The notes below the pieces were generated by a model. It had not been told where the DNA came from and searched no databases. It worked only from the letters and a program-made list of their open reading frames with translations. This document shows, in pieces, positions 58,836 through 63,889 of a stretch of 63,889 nt of DNA. How positions within the stretch are numbered: position 1 is the stretch's first letter; each line of letters begins with the position of its first letter. The stretch is from Asterionella formosa (taxonomy: Eukaryota). Where the stretch lies: positions 1 to 63,889 of the forward strand of contig NKIB01013133.1 of assembly GCA_002256025.1 (NCBI GenBank), written 5' to 3'. Position numbers and translations under genes: made by a program.

Positions 58836-59996
58836 ATGAACTTCGCCACTATTGCTTTCACCCTCCTTCTGGCCGTCCAGGCCGCAGCGAACCCCTTCGT
58901 TGCTCAAAGCAAAAACTCTGCTGAAGCTGAATACATCTCCAAGTTGCTCGCTGCTGCCAAACCTACGTCCAACTCCCAGCTTCCTCGTGATCTGGCCCAG
59001 AACCAGAACAATTTCGACCTCACTGGTTACATGGTCAAGTACGATAGGTGCCAGTTTGTCATGTCTTATGACGACGACGAAGCCGCTTCCTCCTCTAGTA
59101 CTGTGCTTGGAACCTCGCACTTTGTTATCTTCCGTCTTTGCCCTACTGGCACATGCAATTCTTGCACATCCAACTATGGCGAATACCTTGTTGATCTCGA
59201 CCAGTACCTCTCGTACACTGTTGCATTCCAAACTGAAAACCAGACTACGACTTGCAATTACTGTGATGCTTGCACGGATCAGACCACTTCTGGATCAACG
59301 TACGTAGACTGCAGTATCTGTACCGATGAGTGTTCCAAGATCACCAACATGGAAGCTAATGGCTACATTGACGCCACAACCTTTGCTACTTGCACGCTGA
59401 TCTATGACCCAAATGATGACACCAAGGGTTCCCTTTATGCCGGTGTCATGTGTGCCAGCAGCGGAGGAAAGATCAAGATTGGTGTTTTCACTGATGCAAA
59501 CTGCGTCAACTATGACTCAACCAAGAACGTTGATAACTTCATTGTTGATAAGGATAGCAACAGTATGAAGCTTTCCTATGCTCTCTTGAAGACCGTTTAC
59601 GACTCCACACTTTGCATCTCCTGCGATAATAACGGAGCTACTTCTGAAATGTGCGCTTCACTCTACAACGACGCAGCCAAATGTGAAGTCTCCCACGGAT
59701 TTACTACCGGCATTGCAAGTGTGGAGGGATATGAAAACCAGGCTGCTCAGGAGGAGCTTGTATGCAGCTACATTTCTTCCCTCACGGCAGGAACCTACAG
59801 TGAGTCTGGAGAGATCTTGGTTTCTGGGGCATCCAAGACCGTTTCATCAAAAAGCTCGACTGGAGGACAGAAGTTTGCCCTTACTTTTTTCATCCTTGGA
59901 ACGGTTGCCCTTGCCGGATGTGCAGTCATGCTCCACCAAAAGCTCACTAAGGGTGGAAACAGTGCCCTTGCAAACCAAGGTGGAGCTCTTGCCTAA
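58836..59996 (+). CDS. Divergent silicanin-family protein (different subfamily)
   Basis: Signal peptide, PRDLAQ (RXL), YMVKYDRCQFV, HFVIFRLCP, NYGEYLVDLDQYL, KIGVFTDANC, LYNDAAKCE, C-terminal TM and a short tail. Confidence 0.85.
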   Translation: MNFATIAFTLLLAVQAAANPFVAQSKNSAEAEYISKLLAAAKPTSNSQLPRDLAQNQNNFDLTGYMVKYDRCQFVMSYDDDEAASSSSTVLGTSHFVIFRLCPTGTCNSCTSNYGEYLVDLDQYLSYTVAFQTENQTTTCNYCDACTDQTTSGSTYVDCSICTDECSKITNMEANGYIDATTFATCTLIYDPNDDTKGSLYAGVMCASSGGKIKIGVFTDANCVNYDSTKNVDNFIVDKDSNSMKLSYALLKTVYDSTLCISCDNNGATSEMCASLYNDAAKCEVSHGFTTGIASVEGYENQAAQEELVCSYISSLTAGTYSESGEILVSGASKTVSSKSSTGGQKFALTFFILGTVALAGCAVMLHQKLTKGGNSALANQGGALA

Positions 59997-60336
59997 ATAC
60001 ATCATTTTGATTAAAGATATTTGTGTGTATCTATAGCCTTGGGGTCTACTAGGATTCTATAAGGACTCTGCTTGGAATAAAAGAGAATTCTCAAGGACTC
60101 AGTTTGATCCATTAAGAATAATGCCTTGATAATCATCGAATCAAAATTTTAGTTCTTCTAGCATCAAGTTAGTCAACAAATACTTCATTTTTCCTCTGTT
60201 TATTTAGCTCTGTCCAACATTCGCTGATCCCTTTATGGCGCACTGTCGGAGATGTAAGTTTCCAATATTCCATGCTTGCTAGTGATACGTGCGATTCCTA
60301 CTTGCGAGAACGACAGTTTGAAGAGACTACAGTCAG

Positions 60337-61182
60337 TTAATCAGTTCGCTTGCGTTTGGTGGATAACCCACGTTCAGTAGCAAGTTCAGGTTCTATTCCC
60401 ACTGGTAGAATTCTGTCCTCGCCTTGTTCTAACCGTAGCATCTCTGCCAAGACTTGTTGCTTTTCTTGTGCTAATCTCATTTCCACTCTTGCTGCATACA
60501 TATTAGGAGCCCCCAGATCTTCCTTCTTGTCAACTTGATGATTCTGGTAGGCCTTGACCAAATGCGCATGTGGGTGGAGGGTTTGATGAATCTTCTTCAG
60601 CGTTTCTCGAAAGTCTTTGGACGTGGCAGAAATGTTGCCCGTATTCCCTGATAAATCTGAAAATGCATGTGCCGTATCTTTCGCAAGAAGGTTGAGTTTC
60701 CATATTAAGCCTTCGGCAAGTTCTAAATCACACAGGACCTTTTGTCGTTGTTGAATACGTGCTTGCAGCATCTTGCCACGATCTTGTGGTGGCGCAGCAG
60801 TAGTACTGGTGATGGGCGAATCGTGAGATCCTGAGAGAAGGTCCTTTTTAGGAGCCGTCATTGGCTCTGGAACAATACTACCTGCCAGGACCTGCTGCTG
60901 CTTTTGTTGTCGTGCCGCCATGCTGGCAAATTTGTCTCGTTTGGGAGCAGTCACTACAACTACTGGTGGTTGTGATACTCCTTGTGCCGGGCTTGTTGTT
61001 TCATCCACAGCCTGCTCGACCAATACTCCTCCTCCTCCTCCTTGTTGCTTTGCTACCATGCTGGCAAATTTGTCAGGCTTGGGCGGTGGAAGAATTGGAG
61101 TAGGATTGTTGATGCTGTCCTCTCGTTCTTTTTGTGCTGCTGCCATACTGGCAAACTTGTCTCGCTTTGGAGGTTCTGACAT
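60337..61182 (-). CDS. Mediator subunit MED11-like protein with an N-terminal repeat extension
   Basis: The C-terminal helical region RQKVLCDLELAEGLIWKL..AFSDLS..FRETLKKIHQTL..MYAARVEMRLAQEK resembles the Med11 pattern. Three PK[RP]DKFASM repeats lie upstream. Confidence 0.6.
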   Translation of the reverse strand: MSEPPKRDKFASMAAAQKEREDSINNPTPILPPPKPDKFASMVAKQQGGGGGVLVEQAVDETTSPAQGVSQPPVVVVTAPKRDKFASMAARQQKQQQVLAGSIVPEPMTAPKKDLLSGSHDSPITSTTAAPPQDRGKMLQARIQQRQKVLCDLELAEGLIWKLNLLAKDTAHAFSDLSGNTGNISATSKDFRETLKKIHQTLHPHAHLVKAYQNHQVDKKEDLGAPNMYAARVEMRLAQEKQQVLAEMLRLEQGEDRILPVGIEPELATERGLSTKRKRTD

Positions 61183-61679
61183 TATATATATATATGTAGT
61201 TACAAAAACAATAAGGTAGGAATTACATCTGCCGTAGACGAAATGTAATGGTGTTTGTGCAGCTCCTACTTCATAGAACTATTGAACATGTAAGTTTTAG
61301 ACCCTGCTCCGGCCTTTGATGAAAGCAAGAAATTGTTGAAAGGATCGCTGGGATCCTTTGAATGGTTGTTTTGCATTTATCCTATATATGATAGACTACT
61401 ACAAGTAGTATATGTACATGTCATGGCAAATAGATAGAAATTACTACCGTGGTAACAGTGCAGTACCAATTTTTCTGAATGAAAGATGTAGCTTTTTTTA
61501 TCCCATATTAAATTGTATATTTAAGCAAAATGACCGCATCTGGCAGGTACATAGGTCAATATCATAAATATCATATGTATTATCAATCCTCGACATATTC
61601 TGCCCGTACCACAGGGTAATAATTGTACATATTTTTTTCTTGTGTTATTATTTCGGAAGAACATCTTTAGCTACATAGC

Positions 61680-61926
61680 GGTACTAGGGACAAGTACTAG
61701 GTTCCACGTACCTGGTACCAGGTACTGGTATTATTATTAGGTACAACTCCCAGTACCTGGTACCAGGGGTACTCTACCTGGAAGCTAAGTATTCCTACGT
61801 ACCGGTATAACGGTACCTGATAACCAGGTTGTCATCCATGATGGTGATGCAGCGATTATTTATTTACAAAACCTGATTACCAATTACTGATGTACGGTAT
61901 ATGATACCGGTACATATATACCGGTA
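61680..61926. repeat. Cluster of palindromic GTACC(A/T)GGTAC motifs in a divergent promoter
   Basis: Perfect 18 bp palindrome GTACCTGGTACCAGGTAC at 61708-61725, plus several partial copies. Confidence 0.8.
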
Positions 61927-62075
61927 TGTTGTCTGAAAAATTAGAATATGCATGATAAATTCTGTACAACACTCCACATTTCGCTCGTTTCTGTTGTGGT
62001 CGCAGTTTTGTTTCTACTCCTCTCTATTCTGAAATTTTTATATATTTATGACCATCACTCCAAGCAAAGCAAGCA

Positions 62076-63524
62076 ATGGCAAGTCGACGGAGAAGCCATG
62101 CAACGTCTGTGGCCGACGACACTTCGGCATCCCTTACATGGTCGTCCCGGCCCAGTAGAAAACGTAAATCATTGAATTCGCAGCGCTTTGCCATTGTTGC
62201 GTGCTTGGCGCTGGGTTTCCTGGCAACACCTCTGGCCCTGCTTCGATACGGGCTTTCCCATCAATCGCACCCAGATACACACCAACATCAACCGGCACCG
62301 ACGTTGCATGAGAATATAGACAGAAACCCTGTGGACGAGACAAAGTACCACGTTGTCTTCTCCACAGATTGCTCTGAATATCACAATTGGCAATCCTACG
62401 CCTTTTTCTTTCATGCCGAAAAGGTGGGGCAGCCGGGGACCATTACTAGGATAGCCTCCGGTTGTTCCGCGAAAGAAGAAAAAGAAATGGAAGACTTTCA
62501 CTATCATCGCATTGAAAGCATGAGTGGACGCTTCAAGATTCACTTTACCCCGTCGTATGCAAATGTGGATGGGACTAGTACCTTTCCCTACTTTAATAAA
62601 CCTTTCGGGCTAAGACATTGGATGGAGCATGTTCTGGGATTTCCGAAACGGCAAGACGATGATGACGCTATCATCATTTTGCTAGATCCCGACATGATAC
62701 TGACGAGACCTCTCACTCGAACGTTCAATCAATCAGACAAGTGGAAGGACCAAAGCATCAAGACTTTTACTGTAGATCACGGCAAGCCTGCTGCACAACT
62801 ATATCTCCTTGATTCCAAGTGGCTGACATGGGACTTGGAAAAGATTGTTGGTCCGAATAGTTCTGCATTGACAGTGAGCAATGACGAAGCCTTGGAATAT
62901 TACCAAGTTGGCCCGCCATATCTTGCTACTGCAAAAGATATGTATCAGATTGCCAGGAAGTGGACCGCATTCGCCGTTCCCACTAAACACGTCTTTCCAG
63001 ACATGCTGGCTGAAATGTTTGCATACATTATTGCTACTGCTCACTTGAATTTACCCCACACGTTGTCTCAGTCCTTTATGTTTTCAGATACGAAAATTCA
63101 GTATACTGAACCATGGGACTGGATTGAGAGTGAACCACCAGAACGTCTGTGTACTCGACCCTATGAAGGCAAGCTCCCCAACGTCCTCCATTACTGTCAA
63201 CCATATGAATTCCAAGGCTTTCAATTCTACAAGGCCAAACTCAAGACTAGAATTCATAAATGCTCACATCCCCTATTGGAAGAACCCACAACATCCATTA
63301 TGGATGGTTTTAACTGGAGTACTCCTCATGATACCTTGAAATTTCGTCATCCCACAAGGAAAGATGGTTGGGCCATCCGGGTGAATCATCGAGAAGCATT
63401 CATGACATGTCAGTTGATCTTCAAACTGAATGATGCCATGGAACATTACCGAATGCATGCATGTCGGCATGATGGAAATACATCCAAAACATTTCGCTTG
63501 GCAGATGTTGATTTGAACTTTTAG
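62076..63524 (+). CDS. Hydroxyproline O-arabinosyltransferase / peptidyl-serine galactosyltransferase-like glycosyltransferase
   Basis: Type II TM. Motifs HVVFSTDCSEYHNWQS, QPGTITRIASGC, YFNKPFGLRHW, LLDPDM (DxD), GPPYLAT, LAEMFAY and LHYCQ. Confidence 0.85.
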   Translation: MASRRRSHATSVADDTSASLTWSSRPSRKRKSLNSQRFAIVACLALGFLATPLALLRYGLSHQSHPDTHQHQPAPTLHENIDRNPVDETKYHVVFSTDCSEYHNWQSYAFFFHAEKVGQPGTITRIASGCSAKEEKEMEDFHYHRIESMSGRFKIHFTPSYANVDGTSTFPYFNKPFGLRHWMEHVLGFPKRQDDDDAIIILLDPDMILTRPLTRTFNQSDKWKDQSIKTFTVDHGKPAAQLYLLDSKWLTWDLEKIVGPNSSALTVSNDEALEYYQVGPPYLATAKDMYQIARKWTAFAVPTKHVFPDMLAEMFAYIIATAHLNLPHTLSQSFMFSDTKIQYTEPWDWIESEPPERLCTRPYEGKLPNVLHYCQPYEFQGFQFYKAKLKTRIHKCSHPLLEEPTTSIMDGFNWSTPHDTLKFRHPTRKDGWAIRVNHREAFMTCQLIFKLNDAMEHYRMHACRHDGNTSKTFRLADVDLNF

Positions 63525-63889
63525 ACATTTTGACAGCTGGGAGATTGTGTACAACAAAACACCAAGGAATGTTACATCTCTCTAGAATGAGAAAGAAAAA
63601 GCATGGTGTTGTACCATTTTGAATGGTCCACTGGGACAGCATTCTTTGACAGCTTTTCAACCTGGGTGCTTCAATTGCCACTAGAGTTTTTAACTCCCTA
63701 TTTGCCATTGTCTTTCAAATGACATATGGTATGAAACAATATTACAACAAGCATACGCTACAATGTTTATATGGTTCCTAGTGAAAATGTTTCTTGCATC
63801 CCATCTCAATGCTTCTGGTTCTTGGGTGGACTGATTTCAATCCAGCAATAATCCATTTTTCCAATATCCAATTACCCAGTAGTTGCATT

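Overview
Eukaryotic nuclear DNA, almost certainly from a diatom (three silicanin-family genes, a DUF6824 protein, a CoDi-type Ty1/copia element, short GT-AG introns with a GCTAAC branch site). About 14 compact, intron-poor genes alternate with AT-rich islands of decayed mobile DNA. Genes: SPX-MFS transporter, PH-like protein, a large plastid-targeted repeat protein, a PLAC8-PrsW fusion with one frameshift, KNL1/Spc7, an MFS transporter, a DOT1-like methyltransferase, a small tail-anchored protein, three silicanins (two head-to-head), DUF6824, NADK3-like kinase, MED11-like and an HPAT/SERGT-like glycosyltransferase. Most notable: (1) a ~5 kb TIR-bounded DNA transposon relic whose transposase carries RAG1/Transib-like DDE motifs and which has a second, convergent decayed region; (2) a plastid-targeted disordered protein with about 20 [GS]YLxxL motifs and a hydrophobic C-terminal domain, a candidate pyrenoid linker or tether; (3) a silicanin cluster; (4) a pervasive intergenic palindromic GTACC(A/T)GGTAC motif associated with an ~85 bp MITE. 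A poly-G/N/poly-C assembly join lies at ~49.3 kb. All family assignments come from motif recognition by eye; no database search was run.
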